The notes under the pieces: model-generated | Databases searched by the model: none | Told to the model about the DNA's origin: nothing | The model's input: only the letters and a program-made list of their open reading frames with translations | Shown here: piece after piece, positions 7,726 to 16,610 of the stretch | How the letters are laid out: the number at the start of each line of letters is the position of its first letter | Position numbering within the stretch: the stretch's first letter is position 1 | Virus record (IMG/VR): IMGVR_UViG_3300027986_000324 | Span: 1 to 54,057 of that record | Source: a virus | Lineage: Duplodnaviria; Caudoviricetes | Length of the DNA: 54,057 nt | Reading direction: 5' to 3' (one strand) | Position numbers and translations under genes: made by a program

Positions 7726-9060
7726 TTAGTGGACGTCGTACCCGATCAGCGTTACGGATTCGCTCTCGTTGGCCAGCGAGGCCGCGAATTCCAGGGTCAT
7801 TGCCGTGTTGGCCGTGCCAATCTGATTTAGCCCACACAAGTGCACACTTCCATGTTGCGCTGCAGTGTTCGCCGCCGCGATCTGCGTAGACCATAGGACC
7901 GTTCCCGCGCCCGTAGCTCCATCGCGTAGGTTAATCGTTAGAACGGTCGCAGTCGGCGCTGTGGACGCGCCTGCCGACACCGACACGCAATCGGCCACAT
8001 GCCGCACTCCAGCGCCGCCGGCTGCCTTGCTGGCCGTCGCCTGCGAGCCCGCAGCGGGAGAGCTCACCACGCCGGGCCAGCGCGATCCCTTCTCCATCAT
8101 CGGCACACCCACATTCAGGGAATTGCCCAGAAACGCGGAAGACGTAATCGGAGGGAAGGCAGTCTGGAAAACACAAAGGGGACAAAGCTCGGAAGTGATG
8201 GCCAGGGTCGTTGTCGTGCTGCCACCATTGTTCGTGAAACGGATGCGCACATTTTCCGAGGTCATCTGGAAGGTGAGCGCCATCAGCGGCGAGTTCGCCA
8301 CCGATGCCGGCACGGTGATACTCGGACTACTCAAGTCAGGGCTCGAGCAATTGGCGTTCTTGCACTGGTCCACAATCAGCGTGCCAGGCTGGTCCGTCAC
8401 AATGTTCACCTGGTAGCTGCTGATGCCCAGGGTCGAAGTGTATGTCCCCGTAAAAGTCGCGGACGAAGCCAGTTGCGCCGTCGTCGTGTTGTTTGTGTCT
8501 CGGACAACGTTCTGCACGATATTAAAAGGGGTACCAGTGCTACCGGCGGGAGGCTGGACCGTCAGAACCGGCCCGGCAGGCGTACCAGCCGTCCCCCCAG
8601 CAGGAGCTGGGGCCGGCTCAATCGGCTTGCCAGAAAGCAGCAGGACTATGTTGGGCGCTCCGCTCCCGATCGCGGATTGCCGCACTCTGAAGTTCGTAGT
8701 GGCGTAAGCGCCGCAGTTCCAGGCCCGGGACTGGTTCGAAGGCAGCGCTTCGCTGCTCTCCTGCAGCGGCGTGTCACCGCGGCTGCAGTTCCTGAGATCC
8801 CAGGTCCGGCCGCCGTCCGGCGTGTACTCGAAAACCAGCGTTGACCCGGCATAGGTTCCACTCACGCCGATGCCAACCGATCCGTAATTAGCGCTGGTCA
8901 CCGTCAGGCATGCGGTTGCAGGGCAGTTATTGTCCGCTTGGGTGTAGGCCGTGGTGAGCTGCGCGGAGTAAGAAACATCCGACTGAGCCACCAGCAGCGG
9001 CGAGCAACAAAAAAGCGCTGCACAGAGCAGCGCCACCATCACGATATTGGATTTTTGCAT
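7726..9060 (-). CDS. beta-rich virion/fibre-associated protein with signal peptide
   Basis: Start MQKSNIVMVALLCAALFCCSPLLVA-Q; Thr/Ser/Gly-rich beta domains; located between the ejection and spike genes. Confidence 0.7.
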   Translation of the reverse strand: MQKSNIVMVALLCAALFCCSPLLVAQSDVSYSAQLTTAYTQADNNCPATACLTVTSANYGSVGIGVSGTYAGSTLVFEYTPDGGRTWDLRNCSRGDTPLQESSEALPSNQSRAWNCGAYATTNFRVRQSAIGSGAPNIVLLLSGKPIEPAPAPAGGTAGTPAGPVLTVQPPAGSTGTPFNIVQNVVRDTNNTTTAQLASSATFTGTYTSTLGISSYQVNIVTDQPGTLIVDQCKNANCSSPDLSSPSITVPASVANSPLMALTFQMTSENVRIRFTNNGGSTTTTLAITSELCPLCVFQTAFPPITSSAFLGNSLNVGVPMMEKGSRWPGVVSSPAAGSQATASKAAGGAGVRHVADCVSVSAGASTAPTATVLTINLRDGATGAGTVLWSTQIAAANTAAQHGSVHLCGLNQIGTANTAMTLEFAASLANESESVTLIGYDVH

Positions 9061-9088
9061 TTCCTTTTCTATTTGCCTCCGTGTCCCA

Positions 9089-12000
9089 TTAAGGTTTGCT
9101 TCCAAACGCCTCGTCGAATGCCTGCTCCGGGCCAATCGTCGGTCCGCCCAGGAGTGGCCGCTGCGAGTCAGCCGCATCGCGCACGTACTGGCGCACCTTC
9201 AATCCCAATGTAGTGGGAGAGGTGGACTGCAAGTGTTTCGCCAGGGTCACAGCCTCGGGAGAGTACTTTTCATGGCCGAACATGCTCTGCTGCCGAAGCA
9301 GATCATCAATACTCTGGGCCCCGTGCGTGCGCACATCTTCCAGCAGGTCCACCGCCTGCTGCACATCCGGACCAATGTCCCACTGGGGCACGCCGTCCAC
9401 GCGCGAAAGCGGCGCCACCATGCGCTCTAGCTTGGTGCGGACCGTGACTGGCGTCGACTCGATCTGGGCGGGATCGCGGAAGTAGCGCCCAACCAGAAGC
9501 TTGGAAATTCTTTGCTTGCCGGCTTCGGTGAGTTCCGTCTGGCCAGCGTAAGCGGCACGCTCTTGCGGACTGATCACTCCATCGTTCGTCAGGCGGTCCA
9601 GCACCTGCAGCCCGGACTTGTCATTCAGCACATCAGTCAACTTAGCGTCCGGACCAGCCGCATCGAGCCGCCCGGCGATATCGTCCAGCGTGCCTTGGCT
9701 CACCCGCCGCGAATCCGTCACCGCACGCTCCGCCGGCGTGAGCTCCGCTCTGCCGACTTTATTGAAGTCGGTTACCGCGCCCTGCTTGCCGGCGGATCCG
9801 TCAAATTCAGAGTCATCAATCTCCCGCACCAGCACCGGCTGTTTCATCCCTTCAATGGTCTGCGGATCCACTCCAAATTGACCTGCCTTCTTAATGAGCA
9901 GATTCTTATACGCCGTCGCGCCATCCGGGTTGTAGCGGTACACCCGGTCAAGGATCATCGCGCGCCCGTTGCCGCCGAGAGCGTTACCGCGCGAGTCGAT
10001 CACAATTGGACCGTTCGTCGCGTCCGGGTTGTCCGTGATGTGGAAGGCAGGATCGAACCGGCCAGGAGCGCTGTTAGAGATAACCTTGCCCTGGTTCACG
10101 GCGTTCGCGTAGTCGCGGTCATTGGTGAGCGCGTACTTGGAATTGGGCTGGAAGGTAACGCCGGAGTGAGACGCCTGGATGTCGGCTAGCTCGCGGACCT
10201 GGTAGTGTGCCGGATAGCTGCGGTCCTCGCCAGGGACTGGGATGCTGGTTTCTCCGCCGCCCGCAATCGGCGCACTTGTTCCACGCGATTCTTGAAGCGA
10301 TCGGCCCGCTGCTGCTGTTCCGTTTTGTGCTGAGGCGTCACTGGTTGAACCTTCAGAAATAGTAGCACTGCCGGAAGCGTTGTCAACAGAATTATCCGGC
10401 ACGCGCACCATGCGCTTCGTCACCGGATCCTGGACCAGGCGGGTCTTAGATCGCAGCTCTGCCAAGCTGCCGGCGACAGGAGCGGGCTCCTCTTCCTGCA
10501 GTCCCAGACGCTGCGCTCGCGTCGTATTGTCAAACGCCGGCGGTTCGGAAGTCAGATTCGAAAAATACGACGATGGCGGCGCTTCAATTGCCGTGCGTTG
10601 CGGCAGCAGCAGGCCCAGCCGTGATTCTCGTGTGCCAACTCCAGTCGCGGGAGGCGTGAAGTCAACCGATCCGCTCGAATCGGCGGGAGGTGGAGTGATG
10701 ATAGGACCAGGTCCAAGCAGCCCCTTTGGAGGCGGAGGCTCATACTCGCCTTCCCACACCGTAGGGGCGCTGGGCTCCGTTTTGCTGAAAGCCTGCTGAA
10801 TCAGGAAATCCGGATTGTTCAACTTCGCCGCATTTTGTCCGGCGCGCAGCTTCACCATGCCGGCAGCGACACGGCCCGGCTCCCTTCCCACAATGCCGCC
10901 CGCAATGTCCCCCAGGCCTTGCATGCGTCCAGCAGTCTCATATAGCCCAGCCGGATTCTGGCGCTCTGCTACATTGATGCGCCGGTCAATCACGTCCTGC
11001 AGGACCTTCAGCGATCCATACCGCTGCTTGAGCTCTGCGGCTTCTGGGCCGCTCAACTGTCCAAACGCATCGCTCTCGAGCTGCCTCAGTCCGTCCAGCT
11101 CGGCATAGAGCGGCGCGAACTTCGGATCACGGCGCAGACCCATCTCATTCACCTTAAATTGCGCCTGCTGGCTGCGGAGCTGGTTATTCAGCTCCTGGAT
11201 CCGGTCCTCAACTTTGGCCACGGTCATCTGCTGGCCGTCGTAGTCAGCCGCCGCATCCTGGATATCATCCACCGCACTGCCCAGCCGCCGCTTCTGGATA
11301 TCGGTCATCTTGTCCACCACGGCGTTAATTCTCTGCGCTACAGGGGAAGCATCCAGTGAAACGTTGGCATTCGGATTTAGGTGGTTATTCTCGAACTCGC
11401 TCCACACGTCTTTCTTGGCTTGCGTTACGGCCGTCTCCGCATCCTGCAGCGTCATGTTTGCAGGGTCAATGCCAAGTGTGTCCAGCGCCCGCCGTGCGTC
11501 CGGCAACGCCCGCTCGACATGATCCCCGAAGTTCTGAATCGAGTTGCGCGGTTTGGTGGCCTTGGTGAACGCCTGAACCGGCGTAAGGCTCTCGGGATCC
11601 ATGCCGATGACGGTATTGGTGACAGGGTTATGACGCGCTATATCCGCACCACTCTTCACCAGCGCCGTTGTCGTCTGTCCGGCATCCTTCACCGTCTGGA
11701 TCGCCGTGTCGGTTAGACCAGGCTGCACCGACGACTTCTGGTCGTACATCGCACGCAGGGCTTCTCCCGTATATGCATTGCCGCTGGGAGACTCCCAGAA
11801 GCCGCTATTTTCGTTGTAGCGAAAATTCTGACCCCTCCACGTCATGAAGTCAGCAGCCGTCGATTTTGGCCCCGCAAACAGCCGACTAATGAGCGGATTC
11901 CCTGCCTGGCGTGAGAGCGTATCGTGAATCGACGACAATTGGGCTTCGGTGTACTGGGTGCCGCTCGGCCCTTCATAGTTCCCCGCCGCATTCTTTGGAA

Positions 12001-12637
12001 AATTCTGATCGCGCCACGTCTCATAGTCTGGTACCTTCGCGGAGCGCATCCCCATGTACGCGCCCAGGCCGATCCCGGCGACGTTCGTCAGAAATTGCGC
12101 TGTCTCCGGATCTGCGCCCATCTTCTGGATGAGTTTGGTCGCGCCCGTCTGTGCCGCCGTGGCAGGTGCGGCCAGGGCCAGAAATTCAGGGTTCGTCGCA
12201 GCCAGGGGCAGCGCGACCGATTCTCCCACGCCCTGCATTGTCTGATTGACTCCCCTGCGAATATTGCCGTGACCCACCTGATTCAAACCACCGGCAACGT
12301 CTACAGGACCAACCGCCGGTCCGCCGATCATGGCCGCCGCGCCAGGACTTGTTCCGGTCTCGGTGCCCTTGGCGCCCATGGACTTGAGTACTTTCCCCGG
12401 AAACGTCAGATCGCTGCCGTGCGTGACATCGGCCCGCAAGTCTTGCAGCCAGCCGGTCAGGCCACCCGGCTGGGGTCGAATCATCGGGGTGTTCGCTGGG
12501 CTCTGCGTTGCCGCAGGAGCGTGCTGCGCAAACCAATCGTCGCCCTGCGGGCTGCTGGATGTCCCAGGAGGGGCAGCGACAACGGCAGGCGGTGCGTGCT
12601 GGCTAAACCAATCTTGACCTTGATTTTGCTCTTCCAT
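9089..12637 (-). CDS. large DNA ejection protein (gp16 position) with C-terminal DdrB-like ParB domain
   Basis: Third of the ejection trio; N-terminal DWF.QHAP repeats; C-terminal YQVREL.DI.ASH...NDRDY...GPIVID..G....GNGR.M.L motifs. Confidence 0.75.
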   Translation of the reverse strand: MEEQNQGQDWFSQHAPPAVVAAPPGTSSSPQGDDWFAQHAPAATQSPANTPMIRPQPGGLTGWLQDLRADVTHGSDLTFPGKVLKSMGAKGTETGTSPGAAAMIGGPAVGPVDVAGGLNQVGHGNIRRGVNQTMQGVGESVALPLAATNPEFLALAAPATAAQTGATKLIQKMGADPETAQFLTNVAGIGLGAYMGMRSAKVPDYETWRDQNFPKNAAGNYEGPSGTQYTEAQLSSIHDTLSRQAGNPLISRLFAGPKSTAADFMTWRGQNFRYNENSGFWESPSGNAYTGEALRAMYDQKSSVQPGLTDTAIQTVKDAGQTTTALVKSGADIARHNPVTNTVIGMDPESLTPVQAFTKATKPRNSIQNFGDHVERALPDARRALDTLGIDPANMTLQDAETAVTQAKKDVWSEFENNHLNPNANVSLDASPVAQRINAVVDKMTDIQKRRLGSAVDDIQDAAADYDGQQMTVAKVEDRIQELNNQLRSQQAQFKVNEMGLRRDPKFAPLYAELDGLRQLESDAFGQLSGPEAAELKQRYGSLKVLQDVIDRRINVAERQNPAGLYETAGRMQGLGDIAGGIVGREPGRVAAGMVKLRAGQNAAKLNNPDFLIQQAFSKTEPSAPTVWEGEYEPPPPKGLLGPGPIITPPPADSSGSVDFTPPATGVGTRESRLGLLLPQRTAIEAPPSSYFSNLTSEPPAFDNTTRAQRLGLQEEEPAPVAGSLAELRSKTRLVQDPVTKRMVRVPDNSVDNASGSATISEGSTSDASAQNGTAAAGRSLQESRGTSAPIAGGGETSIPVPGEDRSYPAHYQVRELADIQASHSGVTFQPNSKYALTNDRDYANAVNQGKVISNSAPGRFDPAFHITDNPDATNGPIVIDSRGNALGGNGRAMILDRVYRYNPDGATAYKNLLIKKAGQFGVDPQTIEGMKQPVLVREIDDSEFDGSAGKQGAVTDFNKVGRAELTPAERAVTDSRRVSQGTLDDIAGRLDAAGPDAKLTDVLNDKSGLQVLDRLTNDGVISPQERAAYAGQTELTEAGKQRISKLLVGRYFRDPAQIESTPVTVRTKLERMVAPLSRVDGVPQWDIGPDVQQAVDLLEDVRTHGAQSIDDLLRQQSMFGHEKYSPEAVTLAKHLQSTSPTTLGLKVRQYVRDAADSQRPLLGGPTIGPEQAFDEAFGSKP

Positions 12638-12882
12638 TGTGTTTAACTCGTGTTGCCTTGGTTGCCTACCTTATTTATTACACGCCCGCCCAGGAAGCCC
12701 TCTATACGGTGCTTTTCGTTGCCTTTGCCGTCGCCTTCTGGTGGGGCATGATCCGAGTGTCCAAACGGTTAAGGCGAGGCCTGAATAGCGCCACCGGCTG
12801 GCACGTTCCCGATCCGATGGAGCGCAGCATGAAAAATCCCATGCGCGAACGGGCAAGCGATCCCGGTTCCAGACGGCTGTAA
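12637..12882 (+). CDS. small antisense-oriented membrane protein (start uncertain)
   Basis: Fills the gap between two ejection genes on the opposite strand; TM segment ALYTVLFVAFAVAFWWGMI followed by basic residues. Confidence 0.4.
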   Translation: MCLTRVALVAYLIYYTPAQEALYTVLFVAFAVAFWWGMIRVSKRLRRGLNSATGWHVPDPMERSMKNPMRERASDPGSRRL

Positions 12883-12889
12883 ATCCCGC

Positions 12890-14728
12890 CTACTGCTGCA
12901 CAACCTGCGCGCCCTGGTCCTTATAGTGTTGCACCTGGTCTGCCGGCACAGGCTTCACCGTTCCGTCAGGGGCCTTCATCATCACGGTAGCAGCCCCGCT
13001 ATTCTGCCGAGCAGTCGCCGAGGGCTTTATGTTCAGCCGTTTCTGAATGTCCCCGATCTGATCGGCGTTCGACTGCTTCCGGTTTGCCATATCCGTCTTC
13101 AGCACGTTGGCCACGCTAAGAATTTGGTTCAGTGTTGCATTCTGCGGCGACAGCGCCATGATCTCTTCCCGACCTGAATCGCTGAGCTGACCTCGTAGCC
13201 CAGGATTGTTGGTTACCTTCGCAATTTCTGTGAGTGCCACTTGTCTCGCGGCATTCACCGCTGGATAGTCCGTATCACCAGCCAAGTTCGCTTGAATGAC
13301 GCGCCATGGCTTGTTGAACCAGGGCGAACCTTCTTTGTTCAACACCCGCCCGGCCACATTGACGAAGTTATCCAGGTTGCGCCCGGCTGTCTTCTCGAAT
13401 GCGTCCACCTGGTCCGAACTGGCCTGGAGCGCGTCCAGTGATTTCCGGTTGGCTTCATAGGCCGCGGTCGCGGCTGAGATGCTCTCGCCCCGATGCAATT
13501 CTCCGGCCCGATTCATAATCGACTGCAACATTGCCCTCGAACCAGTGCCGTACACGCGCGGCAACTGTCCCGTCTGGAAGTATCGCTCCGCAGCCTGGTC
13601 CAGCGCCGCATCATTCATCCCCTTGCCGCCGACGCTGTTCTCCACCATTACCTTCGCCGCAGGGGCCCAACCTGCCTTGGCTTGCTCGTAATCGCTCGCG
13701 CCCTTCCCCGGATGCTTTGCCAACCAGTCCTGCATGCTCATCATCTCAGGCGTAGCCGTCTTCTCTTTCTCCGTTCCCAAACTTGCCACCAGCTTGGCCG
13801 CCTGCGGTGAATACTGTGCCGGAATACCCAGGTTGGTGACCTGGTCCTCGCTCAGACCCTGTGAGCGCATCAGGAAGGACCGCGCCGCATCCCAGCTCGC
13901 CTGGTCCGTGGCCGGCCCCATGATCTGTGCAGCCGTCTGGAATCCAGCTTTCCGCGCTCCAGTGTCCGCGGTTTCCTTCCGCGCCCCAGCCGCCGTCTCC
14001 GCCGCTGTTACCTCACGCTGTTTCGCGCTCATCGCGATCGCGTGATCCACCACCGTACGCAGCATCGCCGGATTCTGCTGGATCTGACTCCGCAACTGTT
14101 GCACCTGCTGGTCGAACCCGCCGCCCGCCGCATGCGCTAAGAGCGTGTCCGCATCGTTCGGATTGTAGCCACCCGCCTTGATTGCGTTGGCCACATTCCC
14201 GATGTAATCGAGCGCCGCCGCCTGATGGTCCCCTGCGGCCTTGCGTAAATCCGCATTCGTCTTCTGGACCTCCTTCATTCCTTTGAGGATCTGCACTCCA
14301 TACGCACCGCCAGCGCGCATCACATCTTCATCGCTCGGCATGGCGCCGGCGCCAGCCGATCCCGGCTGCGCTCCCTGCGTTGTGGGAGTGCCAGGTGCAG
14401 ACGGCCCAGCTCCGCCAGCCGGTGCACCGCCAGGGATCCCACCACCGCCAGCGTCCCCAGCCTGCGTCCCATCGCCGCTTGCGGGCGAGCCAGGCCCGGC
14501 AGAGCCATTGCCGGAGAGCAGGTCCGAGACGCGCTTGCGCGCCGCCATCTCCAGCAACGTGTTCTGGTTGGCCAAGGATCCGGCCTGCGCCTGCTGCTGC
14601 AAGATCTGCCGTTGAATGGGAGCTTGCGCGAGCAGGCTCTTGAGCTGGACCATGCGCGCCATCGCGGCCATAGGGTCTTGCTGCTCCGGAGGCCGGACGC
14701 CTAACGCTGGAAGCGGAATCGATGCCAT
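12890..14728 (-). CDS. DNA ejection protein (gp20 position)
   Basis: Ala/Gln-rich helical protein, second of the trio; C-terminal VMMKAPDG....VP.DQV motif. Confidence 0.75.
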   Translation of the reverse strand: MASIPLPALGVRPPEQQDPMAAMARMVQLKSLLAQAPIQRQILQQQAQAGSLANQNTLLEMAARKRVSDLLSGNGSAGPGSPASGDGTQAGDAGGGGIPGGAPAGGAGPSAPGTPTTQGAQPGSAGAGAMPSDEDVMRAGGAYGVQILKGMKEVQKTNADLRKAAGDHQAAALDYIGNVANAIKAGGYNPNDADTLLAHAAGGGFDQQVQQLRSQIQQNPAMLRTVVDHAIAMSAKQREVTAAETAAGARKETADTGARKAGFQTAAQIMGPATDQASWDAARSFLMRSQGLSEDQVTNLGIPAQYSPQAAKLVASLGTEKEKTATPEMMSMQDWLAKHPGKGASDYEQAKAGWAPAAKVMVENSVGGKGMNDAALDQAAERYFQTGQLPRVYGTGSRAMLQSIMNRAGELHRGESISAATAAYEANRKSLDALQASSDQVDAFEKTAGRNLDNFVNVAGRVLNKEGSPWFNKPWRVIQANLAGDTDYPAVNAARQVALTEIAKVTNNPGLRGQLSDSGREEIMALSPQNATLNQILSVANVLKTDMANRKQSNADQIGDIQKRLNIKPSATARQNSGAATVMMKAPDGTVKPVPADQVQHYKDQGAQVVQQ

Positions 14729-16027
14729 TTAGACTGCCCCTCCTTGCTGCTGGCTCAACAGGCTCAGCAGCGGAATCATCGAACCAAAGTTGCTCAAACT
14801 GCTCAGGCCGCCGCCGTAAGCGTTGGCCTGCCCGACGTAGCCGCTGGCCCTGGCCGCGCCGGCGTTATTCAGGTCCTGGCCGATCTGCGCTCCAGACGTC
14901 AGTAACGTGTTGCCCACACTGTTGGCCGCACTGGCCCCCGCCGAGTTGAGCTGGCCCGCTGAGACTTGTCCCATGCCGGCAATGGAGGCCAGACGGTTGA
15001 ATTGGTTGGCTTGCCCTTGCTGGAATTGGTTGTAGGCCTGCTGGTAATCAGTCAAGCTGCGGTTGTAGACGTTTTGGTACTCGCCGCTCGCGTAGTTCTG
15101 CGCGTACTGCTGCAGCGCCTTGGCGGATCCGCCGCTCAGCAGACTGCCACGCGCCGCCGCCGAGTTATTGAGCGCCTGTTCGCCCTGGTTCAGGCGGAAC
15201 TGAAACCCGGGATCGTTCTGCTCGGTTACGTCCGTGGGCGCCTGGAACTGGAACGGCCATTGCTCCATCAGTGATCCCGGCGCTCCCAAAGCAGGATTCA
15301 CTAAAGAAGATAGCGGGACCATGCTCGATGGAGAGCCTGGTGCAGCAGTCGGCGGCCCCAGGAAACCGGGCGCTGTCGAAGTTGCGCTCTGCGGAGTCGC
15401 GCCAGTCGCAGGGCCATTCGTCGCGGTTACCGGGCCCTGGAGTGGATCCATGATCGGGCCGCCTTGCGGCGCATTGGTGAGACCCCCAGGAAATCGGCCA
15501 CCCGGTGCAACTGCGCTAAAGCTGGATGGATCCACGCCGCTCAACAGTGACGACATCGGCACCATGTTGCCGCCCGGCTGTCCCGACGTGAACGGTTGCG
15601 CAAAGGCTCCATCGCCACCAGCAGGACTCGGCACCGTCAACTGCGCGTCCGGAGTGGCAAACGGATTAGGCGCAAGACCTGTCTGGCCGGGCTGGCCCGG
15701 TTGAGGCACCAAGAACGTTCCTGGCGTAGGAGTAGAAGCAAAGCTAGAGGGCTCAATGCCCATGAGACTGAGCAGGTTCGCTTCAGCGCTTGAGCCGCCC
15801 TGCAGGAACGGCGCTTCGTTCGCCTGCGCCTGGCCAAACTCCTGCTCCTGGAATTGCAGCGCCGCCTGCGCATCTTCATGTTGCAGTTGAGCCGCTTCCT
15901 CAGCCGCCTGCGCTTGCGTCGATGCAGCTTTGCCGGCAGCATTCGCGCCCAGCAGGCTGCTGGTAATGCCGCCGGCTGCCGAGAGGCCGCCACCGATAAG
16001 AAGTCCCACTCCTGAACTGATTGGCAT
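14729..16027 (-). CDS. DNA ejection/transfer protein (gp7-like)
   Basis: Gly/Ala hydrophobic N-terminus; DPGFQFRL.QG..AL.NSAAARG.LLSG...KAL..Y.Q.YAS.EY and GAARASGYVG motifs. Confidence 0.85.
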   Translation of the reverse strand: MPISSGVGLLIGGGLSAAGGITSSLLGANAAGKAASTQAQAAEEAAQLQHEDAQAALQFQEQEFGQAQANEAPFLQGGSSAEANLLSLMGIEPSSFASTPTPGTFLVPQPGQPGQTGLAPNPFATPDAQLTVPSPAGGDGAFAQPFTSGQPGGNMVPMSSLLSGVDPSSFSAVAPGGRFPGGLTNAPQGGPIMDPLQGPVTATNGPATGATPQSATSTAPGFLGPPTAAPGSPSSMVPLSSLVNPALGAPGSLMEQWPFQFQAPTDVTEQNDPGFQFRLNQGEQALNNSAAARGSLLSGGSAKALQQYAQNYASGEYQNVYNRSLTDYQQAYNQFQQGQANQFNRLASIAGMGQVSAGQLNSAGASAANSVGNTLLTSGAQIGQDLNNAGAARASGYVGQANAYGGGLSSLSNFGSMIPLLSLLSQQQGGAV

Positions 16028-16039
16028 GATTGTTTCTCC

Positions 16040-16498
16040 CTACCGGATCATCTTGGTATAGACCCGCTCGATTTCCGTCCAGCCCATTGCTTCAAACAGG
16101 CGCCCCTTGTCCCGATGTAGCTTGGTTGCGGTGATCATCTTCGTGATCCCGCGTGCCTTCAGTGTCTGCTCGACTACCTGAAACAGCCTGATCCCGGTCC
16201 GGCCTTTGCGATACTCCGGCAGCAGGAAATAGACATCCGTCAGGGCCATGATGTCGCCCTTGTAGTGGAGGTGGGTATCGAGAAGCGAGCAGTGATAGCC
16301 GACCAATCTCCCGTCATCCCGCAGGGTGACAATGTGCAGCATATTGGCTTCGTCCAGCTTTCGATAGCGCTCGTAGTCAACGTCCAGCTTGATCTTGTCC
16401 TTATTGAGCGCGATCTCTTCCCAGTGCAAGGCGAAGAGCGGGTCCATCTCTGCGCGCTTAATATCGGACCAGCGCTCGAGCTGGTAGGTAAGGCTCAT
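16040..16498 (-). CDS. GNAT-fold acetyltransferase-like virion-module protein
   Basis: LVGY...DVYFLLPEYRKGRTGIRLF...LFEAMGW; position just upstream of the ejection genes. Confidence 0.85.
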   Translation of the reverse strand: MSLTYQLERWSDIKRAEMDPLFALHWEEIALNKDKIKLDVDYERYRKLDEANMLHIVTLRDDGRLVGYHCSLLDTHLHYKGDIMALTDVYFLLPEYRKGRTGIRLFQVVEQTLKARGITKMITATKLHRDKGRLFEAMGWTEIERVYTKMIR

Positions 16499-16610
16499 TC
16501 GATCCATACTCCGGGGATGATTTCGCAGCCTTGGCCGTAGCCAGCGATTCGGTTTTTGAGCCAGGCCCAAAAGCGGGCTGATCTGATTCGTCTGTTGCGT
16601 AGGAAAGTGT

